Shown here: one piece after another, positions 38,101 to 50,254 of the stretch
Layout of the letters: each line of letters opens with the position of its first letter
How positions within the stretch are numbered: the first letter of the stretch is position 1
DNA from: Gekko japonicus
Lineage: Eukaryota
DNA: 64,000 bases
Assembly (NCBI RefSeq): GCF_001447785.1
Contig: NW_015164666.1
Coordinates: 1,413,971-1,477,970 of the forward strand
Reading direction: 5' to 3'
The notes under the pieces: generated by a model
Told to the model about the DNA's origin: nothing
Seen by the model: only the letters and a program-made list of their open reading frames with translations
Database searches by the model: none
Program-made: the position numbers and the translations under genes

Positions 38101-41100
38101 GAAAACAGGCACGCTCTCCTCATTTATGCAAGACAGACACAACTGTCATGTAGAAATTACTAACTTTCCAAATATGACCCTCACTCTACATATAACTACT
38201 TCAATTTATTTTGAAAAGAATCAACATTCTGAAAGTAAAGAGTTGTTTGAGCCAAAATGCCAGCAGACTTACATCATCAGTATAGATTCAGGTATTGGTC
38301 TGAAGCAGCAGAACAAAGTTTTAGTCCAGTGGCACCGTTAAGAACCTGAATAAAACTTTGTTTGTCTTAAAGATGCCACTGGACTCACTCATCAATATAG
38401 CTGATTCTCACTGTGGCCACATTTGTTGATATTTATATTCAGAGACTGGGGTCATGGATAGGCAAGACAGGTCTTTCTACAAACCTGAGAAAACGCCTAG
38501 GAGAAATATGAACTAAAAAAAAAAAACCTGGAGAGGTTTAAAACCCCAAAATGATCAAAGGAGCACCTGCAGCTTTAAAAAACAGTTTCCTTCAGTGACC
38601 ATTGCTAAGCAACTACAACAGTATTCCAGACTTGGTATCTGTCAGGAAAAGGCATAGGGACAGGAAGGGCTGTTTTGGCCTTTGAGAGGACTCATTGGGG
38701 CCAGGCTCAGAACAGGAACAACTTGGTGACTAGATACCACAAGTTTTATATGACTCATCCAACACTGGCTACTTTCTACTGTTCCAACAGCAAGCCACCT
38801 TATGAATCCCAGTGTAGTATAGCAATCAGAAGTTTGGATTAGGACCCGAGAAGCCCAAATTTGAATTCCTTACTCAGCTACAGAAGGTCACCTTGGGTTA
38901 GTTACACATTTTCAGCCTAGCCTACATCATTATGTGAGGATACAACGTAATGAGGAAAAGGCAGTTAAGCACCCCTGCAAGCCCCTGAGGATTCCCTACC
39001 ACAGAACTGGGCCATAGTTCTCCTGGGCAGAAGTTACTGGGGTAGAGAAGAGGGGAACTAAAGACAGGGAGTAGATAAAGGTAGTTTGGCTGGTGGGTGG
39101 GTGAGAGAGAAGGAAGCAGGAAAAGGAAGAGCCTACGGATGCTTTCAGGGAAGGGAAATGAAATAGTGGGGGAGGGAGAAATGAGATACTCTTCACAAGT
39201 CTTTGTGGGTGCCCCACTTGTAAGCTCATAATTAACCGTTATCAAGATACCAACCGACAAGCCTATATCTATACAGTTGAACTGTTAAGAGTTCAGTACT
39301 TACTGTAAGAGTGGGGAAAGTATTCCACAGCTTAACACGTAATCTCTACATTCTGCATTGTCTCCAGCAATATTACCAAGAGCCCACACTGCCTTAGGAA
39401 CAAAGGTTTAAATTAATATTCATACATTTAACAAGCACCACAGTACTTATGTAAAAGCCTGTAGCTTACAAAGTATGCATAAAAGGGACTGTTATACAAA
39501 CCAGCTTCACTAGTTTAAACGAAGGTGGCAAGAACTGCAAGACCCTGGAAATGTGTATGTGCAGCCCAATCCTAGAAACTGATGTGATGACAGGATTTAA
39601 GGGATCAGGTAGGAAAATCCCAACACAAAAAGACACCTCCCCCAAACACCACCATCCAACAGAGCTCACTGATAACAATGCAGCAACCACTGAAGGAATG
39701 AATATGCCAGTATTCACTCCTCCAAGGAAAGCTGTATTTTGCGAAGAATATGAAAAGGGGTCACAGGTCAGACAACTATAATATTTGTAATATAAAATAT
39801 ATGACTAATAAAATTAATATAATGCTACTAATAATTCTTAGAAGATTCAATCCTTCTTTATTCTCAAAATTCTTCAGAGCCCAAGACTTTGGCACCACCC
39901 ACTTTATCGTCATGACAAAAATTCACAATGAAGTTACCTGCTCCTGGACATCTTCATGTTCAGAATTCAACAATTTAATAAAAATTGGGACAGCTCCAGT
40001 TTCAATTACTACTTTGGTGTGGAGGAATGTTCCAGATGCTATATTTGTAAGAGCCCAGGCAGCTTCAAACTAGAAGGAAAGTAAGGAGAGTAAATATCAA
40101 AGAAAACATCTTTGCAATGCAGACTTCCAATACTACTTTCTAGGTCTTGTTTCCCATACCAAAATACATTAACAATTGCATTACCTATTTCTTATAAAGA
40201 AATAAAGCAGCACTGGTTTATTAACCTTTTTAATAAGATGTTTACGTAACAGAGGAACAAAGTGTTGGATGTGCACCAGGAAAATGCATGCTAAAATTCT
40301 GTCTGAACCACAAAGCTTCTTTGGTGATTTTGGGCAAGTCATTACATTCACTACAAGTCACTACTTCACAAGCCATGCTTGAGTATCAAATATGCCCATG
40401 TACCCTTCCCTGAGCATCCTGAAGAAATGCAGAACATCAATACAGTGAAATAAATAGAATCCAAGGAATAGGAAAATCCAACATTTGGACCCGGGGGAGG
40501 GGGGGGAGAAGAGTACCATGCCCCAGCAGAAAGACTTTAATTCTGATCTTAGTCCAGCATGTTGGACTCACCTGAAGAGTGCAATTATCACTCCTTTCTA
40601 GAAATTTTACAAATCTCTGCACAACTCCTTGTTTTTGTATGACTTCATCTATTGGAGGATTAGGTTCTGAAAAGAAAGAGTAATTGTAAGGATTAAAACA
40701 GGATACCTCAGCTTTAACTCAGGGCAAGGTTTAACAGATTAAGAAGAGGGTAATTACAAAAAAATCTAAAGGGCAGAGTCAAAACGATGCAATGGCTAAT
40801 GCTAACTTTCATTGAGGAAACTGAATTCCCCTGTTAAGCAACAATGCTCACCAAGTACCCTTTGGCATATTACCATCTTTAAGCCTAACCTAGCTCATAG
40901 GTTCACAGAGAGACAAAAACACTGCTAAAAGCTCTTTTGAAAAGGAGCAGTGTGCAAATACAACAAACTATGATTGGTCTGTAGCAGCAGAAAAGAGTCC
41001 AGTAGCACCTTAAAGACTAGCAAAATTTGTTGTAGGATATGAGCTTTCGGAGTCACTGCTCTCTTCTTCAGATACAGCTAGAATGTGAGTTCATCTGCAG

Positions 41101-44100
41101 AGTGATTTCAGACACCAAAGGACATTAGCAGGCAAATGACACTAGCAGGTGTGATTGGATTAGGTGTGATACGCAGAGAGGTAGTAGGCACATGTCTGTC
41201 ATCCAAGTAAAAATTGTTTAGCTGACTAAAATTGACAGCTATCATCTTATTACGTGTACAATTTATAAACCCCAGTAACTCAGACACTGAAGGTTAAGAC
41301 CATAACAGCATCCCAAAGGTCTATCTAGGTCAGCACTCTGTTTCTAAATTATAACTTTAGATGTCTCTGGGAAGCTTCAGCCAAAAACAAGGCACCGTGA
41401 CGGCTTCAATATCGAAGTGTGAGAACAAACTTATAAATCCCCCTTTCAATCCCAAACTCATTGTGATGGCTTTGTGTGTTCATCCCCTGAATTTAAGACA
41501 AATAATTGTAATAGCTTTGGGAGGCGAAGAGAATGGAGCAGCTTCTCACTGGTCAGCAGAGCTCTTCCTCAGTACGCATAAGAAAACCCTCTAATGAGGA
41601 TCCACAAAACAACTGTGGGGAGGATATTTATTACAGTATACAAGAGAAAAAAACTGCCTCTGTCTGGCCCCTCCCAGCCCTGTGACTTTTTTGGGAGTTC
41701 CCATTTGTCAATCAAATATTACAAGAACCTCAGCATTAGTATCCTTTTCAGATTTTCAAGATGGCATTTTAATTAAAAGTCCAGAAATTAAAACCAGTCA
41801 CAATTAATCATCTAAAGCTTTAGTTTTTCAGTCTGCTGATGAACATTTGCAAACCTAGAATAAGATACAAAAGGATCATACATTTCATGTATATTCATTC
41901 TGTTTAAACTATGGCTATCCCACATAGAATTTTAATAACATGTAAAGGAATTTACTAATATCAATGCCTAGCACATACTTTTTGTGCTTTACAGCATCCA
42001 TATTCAAAGGATGTGAACTCTGTAGCTGATACATGCAGTACTGAACTCAAAATGACAATTAGCTGACATCTTTGCCCAAGCTAATTTTGAAGTTATTTTT
42101 GCTTATCTCCAGTAATTTAAACTCAGTAGACACAAATATAAATTACCACCATAGTAAGTCACTCATTTGTTTCTCAACTTTCAAGCAATTTTTATAAAAA
42201 CAATGGATTCCAAGTCACCGTATGTCAGCAGCTTAATGGACTATCTGCAAAGCACACAGTATTAGATGGATTACTGGCGCAGTAACAAAGAGCCAAATGT
42301 ATGGCTACTGCTATTCAGACTTGCTTGTTTTTATTGTTTTCACAAAGTGTCTTTTGGGTATTTGGCCATTATATCTAAATGAATACAACCACCCATGTGA
42401 TGAAACTGTGGATGAAAAGGTTTAACAAGCTGTGATTTAACACTCTATCTCTACCCCCCCCCCCATGTAATTTGAACGGGTGGGAGCAACATGAGCAACA
42501 GCCATTTTTTTAAAAAAAAGGGAAATAAAACACTGATTTACCTTTAGAAAGTAGTTTTCTAAATCTCTGGGTTGCTGCAAGCTGTTGGTCTGGATCATCT
42601 GAGAAAACCATCTGTATCATATCACAAGTAATTACATCTTCCTAAAAGAGAAAAGAAAAATCACATCACTTTTGCTTTAAACATGTTTGTTACTATAATA
42701 TAAGTTGGATTGGCGCTACCTACCTCAGGTATAGGCACAGTAGAGCTGATATCAGGATCCTGAATAGGACTTTCTTGCATTGACTCATCATTTCCCAGTA
42801 AAGAAACATTTCTGCGTTTGAATAACTAAAGGATGGGGGGAGAAGAAGGTAAAAGAACTTGTCAGGGCGACTGTATGATTATGATCTATGCCAATAAAGG
42901 TTTTGAACTTGAACTTGTCAGGGTTGTTGTTTCTAAATGGGTGGCTTATGTTTAAAATTTCTGTCAAGTAACATCTCATTAGAAATCCACAATAATGTTT
43001 CTCACTTTTAAAACCAATCTGATCAGCCCCATCATCTATTTAACATAAACTCTGTCAAGCTGTGCTGAGTACACTCTTAAACTAACTGTGAAAGTGAATT
43101 TATAATCACAGACCTCAATATGAATTTAGCGGCATATCCACTTGCACTTTTAATCAGATTGGGTCATCTGCAGTGTTGAACACCACTTAGAAAAGACAAG
43201 GGGCAATTTGTTCACAGAGGTGGTAGAGGCTGCATGATTGCACACGATATTCCAGCCTGTTTCTGATTTAACAATGACTTAAGTTATTGCTCTGAATACA
43301 CCCTGTGTTTCAGCTTGAAGCGCTGCATGACCTACAGTACTTAATACCGTAGATCAGAACTGATTTACAGGGCAATCCTAAGTGCACTTCCCTAGGAATA
43401 AGCCCCACTGAATAGACTTGAATAAGATTCTGAGGAGACCTGTTTAGGATGACAGTTGTCCCATGAAGTAGCCAGTGTTTCTCAAAACTTAAAATCACAC
43501 ATTTTATGGAAGGGGATGGTCAGGGCAAATCTGTAATTTAAAAAGGCTGGAGTTTTTACGTGTTCTATCTTATCCCTCAACCCAACACACTTGATTAAGA
43601 TCCTGTGTGTCAAACAATAGAAAATGAACAATGGCAGCACAGTTTTTTAAGGCATTTGGCTGCCACTGTTACAGCTAGAAGCTGGACTAGATAGTGTGCT
43701 CTGATCCAGCAGGGCAATTTTTCAGTTAATTTCCACCTCATGTAAATAAATGTCTGATGGGCTGTAACAACAGTACATCACAAAAGCGGAAGTTGCATCA
43801 TCTCTTTAACATACTTTCTTTTATCAGCATTGTTACTACTTGTAATATTGGCAGACATACTTGTTCTTCTCTCTTCTGTTTCCGAAGCTGAATACCTTCC
43901 TCTTCTCTACGCCGCCGCATCTCTTGGGGATTGAGAGCATTGTTTTTGTAACTTTTCATTCTGCAGTGATCTTTTTCTGGGCTGGTCATGGTATCTATAA
44001 CAAAGGGCAAAAGTTTACACCAAATCCAAACTACATTGTCTTCTATCTGTAGAAAACCCCAGGAAATAACCTAGAGATAACATATGCACTCTGGCCGCAT

Positions 44101-46508
44101 ACAGGAATAGAGATTTTGCATCTTGTTATGTCTATGTAGACAATAGCTCCATTCATGTAGAAAGTTCAGCTATTACCAACATGCTTATGTGGTAATTATG
44201 TTATTTCACAAATATCCTTTTTACTCCTGATTTTAATGCCACACTATATGCAGCACTAATCATCACCTGATCTTTCCTTTCCTGGTTTCCCTGAACTGTA
44301 CTTCAATGGTAGGAAAAATATAACATACCACTAATGTAATTTGGTAAAACCACAAACTAGTTTGGCAAAGAGCAAATGATTGCCCACCCATTACTCTATT
44401 TCCAGAAGTACTTGTTCTCTTTTACTGCTATTATTTTTCATTTGAATGGCCCTATTGGCATACTGCTTCACAGTATTCAAACCTGAATGCAGATGTGCAA
44501 CTATGGATGTTTGCAGATCTTGCCCACATCAGTGCCATTTAACTTGCCCTCGACCCCTACATCAGCCACACTCTTACACACGAGTGCTTTTCCCCCTGAA
44601 GTTGGGAATTGATAAGATTACTATAGAATTATAACAATTTATTGTACAATCTACTAGCTCCCATTTTTTTAAAGTCTCTAGGCTGTTTCATCACAGAATT
44701 ATAACGAGAAAGGTGCAATCTGCATATTTCCCTTTATAACTTCACAACAAAAAGGGCTAGAGACTTTAAAAAAAACCCCAAAGCCTCAAACTATTTATAT
44801 TGTTGCAATAAAACATTATAATGTTGTTGTACCACAGAAAGACTGAAGCATGGAAAGTATGAGGAAAACTGACATGTGGACATTCCATTGCTACGGTAAT
44901 TATTTCTGCATTCACAGCAGTAATGAGAGCTACATGGAAGCAGCCTTAGTGTAAATGAATTCATTAGGACTTGTTCCAAGTAAGAATAATTAGTGATAGG
45001 CTGTTCGCCCTTCTTATCTTTATTCTCTGTGGTATGTACAAGACTGTAGCCATAAAGCAAAACCTTTTAAAAATAAAGAGATGGCTACAGAAGAAACTAA
45101 ATGATATTTGAACGTATTCCATAAGTCCTTTGATATAACGGACTGAAGAGGCCTGACAGCTTCCCTTCCTAGATTACTGAAAGTAGAGGGAGCAAGGCCA
45201 ATGGTGGAGGTCACAGGTTCCAAGAAAAAAATTGCCCTGATAAACAGCTCTCAGCTAATTTTTACCTTCTGTATTCACCATACTGGTATTTGAATATAAA
45301 ATCTACACTGGAATTTTCTTCACACCTGTAGTGGCATATCCTCAATGGCTTATGTGTTCGAACAGTACCACTTATATACCCCCAGAGCTCACATCACCTT
45401 TTGACACACTGCATTTCAGTAGAACCAGTTCACACAGTGATACTAGTTGCCAATTAGGATTGCCAACAAACAAAACCAAAAAAACCCTTCAACCTGTTCT
45501 TCAGCATAGCAAAGTGCAGTTAAAGGTGCAAATCAGCATGTGAAATTTCACAAAATGAAGAAAAATATGTCTCCTTAAAGCCACAAAGATCAACAGAGGC
45601 CAGCTGAGAAGTTGGCCTCTCTCAAAGGGCAGAGGTACATATGAAAGCACAAACTACCACTGAGCAACACTCATCCAGTCTCTGCTGCTCATTAAAGGTG
45701 ACATACCAATACATCTCTTAGGATCACTTTTGGAAACAAAAAGTAATGGAACAGTGGTGCAAGCACAGGGGGGGGAACCACTATATAAAAGGATGAGCTG
45801 ACTTTGAAAGCAAGATTGAAACCTTATAGGCTGCCCATTAAATACACCACTCCTTCACTGTACAGATACCAAGAATAATAGAAGACTTTTGAGGTTTTTC
45901 TTCTCTCACAGACCTGGGGTGTGTAACACTTGGAGAAACTTTTCTTAAACTGAAGGAAAAGCCATCATTGTCAGAGACCCTCAAAGCATAGATAAAAAGA
46001 TTATGCCAGGCAAATCCCTGTCTAAACAGCTGTGGATTCCGCCTCTTTTGAATAGAAGGCTTTGTTTACATGACAATACCTTAGCGGAAGAGAAATAAAT
46101 CGTTTAAGTTAGGCTATTTAAGCACTGCAGCCCTACCAGGTGTATGTTTACTTGAAGGTGACACCCACTGATTTCGGTGGATTCCCTAAGAGAAGGCTCA
46201 CAGGACCGCAACCTTTAGAAAACCTATACCTCTTCTACGCGAACGGAAGAACCCCAAAAGGGCGTGAGCAGCCAGATTATTTATTTTATGCCTGTGCGAT
46301 ACAGCCGTGCGAAGGAAGAAGGTGGCGAAAGCTCCCTTTCCTTTTAAGTGGAGGGACTGGGTGGGAGGGAAGGGCAAGAAAGATTGCGGCACTACATGCA
46401 ATTGACCACCCGGGGGGGGGGCAACTAGGACTAGCCAGTCTCATCACCCAGCACCTACGGACAGAAACATCAACACACACATATTTCACACCCATGCCAC
46501 GCACCCAT
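25963..46508 (-). CDS. KPNA5: KPNA5 (importin subunit alpha-6), 14 coding exons, 539 aa
   Basis: Exon lengths 4+134+102+100+95+132+89+100+164+79+126+128+179+188 = 1620 nt, open frame. IBB domain [41 protein letters not shown]; ARM repeats; KPNA5-type [33 protein letters not shown]; C-terminus [11 protein letters not shown]; synteny with FAM162B and ZUP1. Confidence 0.96.
26900..27530 (-). mobile_element. L2-clade LINE fragment in KPNA5 intron 13 (short inverted piece at about 26900-26960)
   Basis: ORF track shows [13 protein letters not shown]...[12 protein letters not shown]...FKVLL and HAVVTLRLD. Confidence 0.85.
27753..27931 (-). CDS. KPNA5: KPNA5 exon 13
   Basis: [59 protein letters not shown]. 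Confidence 0.95.
29272..29790. mobile_element. GC/CpG-rich non-autonomous element with terminal hairpin; contains a small N-gap (29550-29582)
   Basis: Hairpin AGATTTTTCTGCACAC...GTGTGCAGGAAAATCT shared with about 49438-49484; internal repeats of CCCACCAATCCTT. Confidence 0.6.
30070..30197 (-). CDS. KPNA5: KPNA5 exon 12
   Basis: [42 protein letters not shown]. Confidence 0.96.
30531..30718 (+). mobile_element. Squam2-type SINE
   Basis: Homologous to 23898-24090. Confidence 0.75.
30763..30888 (-). CDS. KPNA5: KPNA5 exon 11
   Basis: [42 protein letters not shown]. Confidence 0.96.
32045..32290 (-). mobile_element. Squam3-type SINE
   Basis: Reverse-complement homology to 6441-6744. Confidence 0.85.
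34008..34880. mobile_element. Cluster of three GGGTTGCCA-type MITE copies
   Basis: TAGGGTTGCCA...TGGCAAC; about 34340-34520 and 34620-34810 are near-duplicates. Confidence 0.8.
35415..35493 (-). CDS. KPNA5: KPNA5 exon 10
   Basis: [26 protein letters not shown]. Confidence 0.95.
36177..36295. repeat. 48-bp direct repeat with 23-nt spacer
   Basis: AGGAAATTCAATTAG[C/A]TTCTTTACTACACAAATTAGATATTCTTAATG at 36177 and 36248. Confidence 0.9.
36800..36963 (-). CDS. KPNA5: KPNA5 exon 9
   Basis: [54 protein letters not shown]. Confidence 0.95.
37976..38075 (-). CDS. KPNA5: KPNA5 exon 8
   Basis: [33 protein letters not shown]. Confidence 0.95.
39304..39392 (-). CDS. KPNA5: KPNA5 exon 7
   Basis: [29 protein letters not shown]. 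Confidence 0.95.
39938..40069 (-). CDS. KPNA5: KPNA5 exon 6
   Basis: [44 protein letters not shown]. Confidence 0.96.
40572..40666 (-). CDS. KPNA5: KPNA5 exon 5
   Basis: [32 protein letters not shown]. Confidence 0.95.
40983..41195 (-). mobile_element. Penelope-like fragment with minimal hammerhead motif (41037-41075)
   Basis: Minus strand reads GTAT-CTGAAGA-AGAGAGCAGTGACTCC-GAAA-GCTC-ATAT...GTCTTTAAGGTGCTACTGGACTC. Confidence 0.75.
42542..42641 (-). CDS. KPNA5: KPNA5 exon 4
   Basis: [33 protein letters not shown]. Confidence 0.94.
42724..42825 (-). CDS. KPNA5: KPNA5 exon 3
   Basis: [34 protein letters not shown]; followed by an 82-nt intron. Confidence 0.93.
43861..43994 (-). CDS. KPNA5: KPNA5 exon 2 (IBB domain)
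   Basis: [45 protein letters not shown]; AG/GT bounded. Confidence 0.95.
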
Positions 46509-47100
46509 GGGGAAGGATGGGCGCCCCTGGCCGCCAACTGCCGCTTTCCCTCTTCCAGACTACCCAGATTCACAATTCAAGATGGCGGCTCCGCCCCGCC
46601 GAAACCCCGCCCCTCATCCTTTCCCATAACCACCCGCGCTCAGGAAAACGAAATGACTGCCAGCTACGAGGAGGGGGCGGGGTTTCCCGTATCCCAGATT
46701 TTGTTGCGCCTTTTGGTGGCCGCGCGAGGAGGCCGAAAGAATTTTGCAAAGGGACCTTGTCTGCTCCCTTTTGCCCCGCATACGCCTCACCTGATGGAGG
46801 AAAAGAAGGCGCGGCCGCCGTGTTGCGCTTTGCTGGTGGGCTGCGGCCGAATTCTCCTGGCAGGTTTGAGCACGTAGAGCCGGGGGGGGGGGGTCATCTT
46901 GTCAGCACGGGTGCAGCGTGGAGGAGCACGGCGATGCTGTACGCCTGGGCATAGTGGGGGTCATCTTCGCCGTGCTGCTCCTTGCTTCCTGTGCCCAGGC
47001 CGACATAGTGCCAAGCTGGGCGTCCCAGTTCCTCTTCTCGCTTGTTCGCCCACCCACGGAGCAGGGGGGACGGACATTCTAGGGTTTGTCTCCGGGATAG
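46200..47100 (-). promoter_or_regulatory. CpG island / KPNA5 promoter
   Basis: CpG-rich, non-repetitive; YY1 motif CAAGATGGCGGC at 46578-46589; GC boxes CCGCCCCGCC at 46591-46600 and GGGGGCGGGG near 46673. Confidence 0.85.
46505..46508 (-). CDS. KPNA5: KPNA5 exon 1 coding part (ATG G)
   Basis: Minus strand ccccATGG|GTGCGT inside the CpG island; supplies the phase-1 G needed for M-D-T-M in exon 2. Confidence 0.7.
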
Positions 47101-47378
47101 CAAATGTGTTTACTTAAATATATCTCAAGCATCCATGTTGTGAAGAGTCCTCACTGAAATCAGTAGAATCTGCTACAGAGTAAATACTGAAATAAACAGT
47201 ATCGAGATATGTTCGGTATTCATTGGGTTTGGTACCTACTGGCTTACCCCAAAACTTTCGTTTCCAAAGAAAATACAAATCCCGTCATACATCTGGGCAC
47301 TTGGTGGAAGTGATGAGAAAGGCAGCAATGCTTGTATTCCAGGCGAATCTTAAAGGTAACAAGGCTAATAGTCTAACA

Positions 47379-47639
47379 CAGGGTGGCCAAACTTGCTTAA
47401 CATAAGAGCCACATAGAATAAACGTCAGATGTTTGAGAGCCGCAAGACACAAACTTTAAATATATTCTCCAAACTCCTTGTCCTCTCTGTCATGCTGGCT
47501 TGTCTTGCAGAAGGGGTTTAAAGAGACAAATTGTGGTAGGGCTTGGAGAACACATTTAATTTTAGATGGGAGGGGGGAGCCATACAATATGTGTGAAAGA
47601 GCCACATGTGGCTCCCAAGCCACAGTTGGGCCACCCCTG
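47379..47639. mobile_element. hAT-type MITE
   Basis: TIR CAGGGTGGCCAA...TTGGGCCACCCCTG; flanks GTCTAACA/GCCTAACA. Confidence 0.8.
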
Positions 47640-47859
47640 GCCTAACACAACTTTTATTAAACGTCAGAAAGTAGCTCTCAGCTAGGAAGGTAAAAATATA
47701 GCTTGTTCTCACAAGGTTGAGCTTGGTTTTATTTAGGGGTGCTGCTGGACTCCAATTTCACTCTCACATCTCTTTGTTAACTCTTGGATTTATGTGCTAA
47801 TTTGCTGCCATCCATTGATACTACAGCCCACCCATTCCAATTTCAACTCTGCATATCCA

Positions 47860-48030
47860 TCTGAGCTCTGAGTGGCCTCTCCTACTGGCTTACCCCCACC
47901 CTCTTTTTCCCAGTAACTAGCTTTTGAGATTTTATTCCAGTTTTGTCTGAAGAAGTGTGTTTTGTACACAAAAGCTTACACTTTGAATAAAACTTCGTTG
48001 GTCTCAAAGGTGCCACTTGACTTTGTTCTC
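47860..48030 (+). mobile_element. Penelope-like fragment with degenerate hammerhead motif
   Basis: CTGAAGAAGTGTG...CACAAAAGCTTA...AATAAAAC...GGTCTCAAAGGTGCCAC. Confidence 0.65.
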
Positions 48031-49359
48031 ATGCAGCTTGAGACTTTACTAAGAGATGCCAGCGTCTGGCAAAGGAAAAGAGAATCTGGGAACTGGGTAA
48101 AAGCAGATGTCTGACAGACCGTTTTGAGGAACTGGACAGTCCCAGACTGTAGAACCAAGAGAATAGAAAATGCTTGCAAGGAGAAACTATATGTTTTAAA
48201 TGTATGTCTGCTGGGCAGCGTTATTCCAGGAAAGCGAAACCTATGTCCTCTGTGCATGCCTGGGGAGTCCTGCTGAGGATTGCTCACAGCAAGGTATTAA
48301 AACTGAATGTAGAGGCAACAGCTTCAGACTCTTTGGGATCTTTATGCTACCCAAGAGTCTCCTTCTGTTGCAATAAAAGTTTGGTCTTTTTTTTTTTAAT
48401 CTCAACTGGCTGTGTTCATTATTGGGATTTGGCACACCAGGCAACGAGCCTGTTTGGCTTAACAGAAGGATGACATGCACAGGCACAGCCTGCTCCCCAT
48501 ACATGTAGGAACTTGTTATAGTAGAGGTCCTATGAAAAATTGAGGTACCTTACAAAGAGCATGGATGCAAGGGAATTTCTCCCCTCCAGCTTTTATTTGG
48601 AGGTGAATTATTTCCTAAATTATATTTGAGAACTGGAATTATTCCTCTCCCCCAAAAAAAGTTGAGTTGAGGGGCTCAGGACCCCTTCCTGCCCCTGCTT
48701 AAGTAATTGCACTGCTGCCACCGAATTTCTCATCAAAGCAAAGATCCCATTGAAGTCTGTCATGAAAAATAGACTCAGCTGGTACAGAAAATGAATATTA
48801 CTATATGGAATTGTGGGGGGGGGTCAAATAGGATCCTGTGGTTCTGCAGAGTTCAAAAAGAACACTGATATTAAAACACAACTGCAGCAAAATAACACAT
48901 TATCATTTTCCCAGAAGGTTGCAAACAGCCTTACCAAAGCCACCAAGTCAGACCATTATGAGAAAAAGGAGAAATGCCAGGTTCATAAGTAAAATATGAA
49001 AGGAGCCACAATTATATAATTTCTTCTGTTTTTGGACAATGTAGATCTGCGAATTTTGGTGTGAGTCAATAAAGTCTTAGGGTGATTCTACTAATCAAAT
49101 GCAATTACCATCTATCTAGTTATCATTTATTTACTTCATTTATATCCTGTGGTTCTTCCTAATGGGGTCTCATTGTTCCCCTTGCCTCCATTTTATCCTC
49201 ACAACAACCCTGTGAGGCAGGTTAGGTTGAGAGTGTGTAGTTGGCCCTAGGTCACCCAAAAAGCTTCCCATAACAGAGGAAAATCAGACCTGGAAAATCA
49301 GACCTGAGTCTTCTAGATCCTAGACCGACATTCTAACTATTACATCACACTAGCTGCCA

Positions 49360-50165
49360 TCTATATACTACTAGCCACCCATGGCCACCATCTGCGGATA
49401 TCTAAATCTGTGGATCGGGGCCATGTGGGGGCTAAAGAGATTTTTCTACACACTTGAGTACTCCCCAAGTGTGCAGAAAAATCTGGAAAGAAAAAAAAAG
49501 GATTTAAATCCCTCAAAAAGTAAAGTAGCAATCTCTGTGCTTGCACAGAGAACGCACCTTCAGTGGTTACTGCAGTCCCTGAGCTGTCCTGAACCAGGTG
49601 GTGGCAGCCCCACAGCTTGGGAGCCAGTAGGGGCACACTGCTAGCAGTGGCACAGCCCAGAAAACCTGCTGGGCCCCGTGGCAGTGGTGCAGCCTGAGAG
49701 CCCAGTTGGGCCCAGCAGCGGCAGCCTGGGAGCTGCACTGGGCCTGGCATCGGTGGCATGGTAACCTGGAGCCATGCTGGGCACAGCCTTGGGGCCATGC
49801 TGAGCCCAGTGTCAGCAGGGCAGGCCAGGAGCTGTGCTGTGCCCGATGTTGGCAGCACATCAGCCCAGGAGCCATTCTGGGCCCAGTGGCAGAGGTGCGG
49901 TAGCCTGGGAGCTGTGCTGAGCCCGGTGGCAGAGGAGAAAGCTGAGTTCAGGAGCCACACCAAACTGCACTGAGGGGGGATATGGGATCCCCCCCCCAGC
50001 TCATGGTAGAAGAGGGTGCCTGGTAGTCAGCAGCAGTGGAGAAGAATGCTGGACTCAGGAGCCCCCCCCAGATCTCCCCCCCAACTGTAAGGGGAATCAC
50101 CAGCAATGGGAGGAGGGATTCCTCCCCACACAAATATTGTGGGTCCCCACATCTTATATTCTAAT
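49360..50165. mobile_element. GC-rich non-autonomous element related to 29272-29790
   Basis: Shared hairpin; internal tandem GCCTGGGAGC/CTGGGCCCAG units at about 49600-49940. Confidence 0.55.
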
Positions 50166-50254
50166 AGCAAAGTCAGTATATGTTTGGATACTTAAATACT
50201 TTAGGTACTGAAATCCTGTGATTCAAAAATCTGAAAACGATAAAAGGAGTGCCT

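Noticed and set aside
46140-46954. 245-aa and 145-aa ORFs over the KPNA5 promoter
   Set aside because: Expected in GC-rich CpG islands; no recognisable protein and non-ATG starts.
49361-49973. Overlapping Cys/Trp/Ala-rich ORFs
   Set aside because: They arise from GC-rich tandem repeats in a mobile element.
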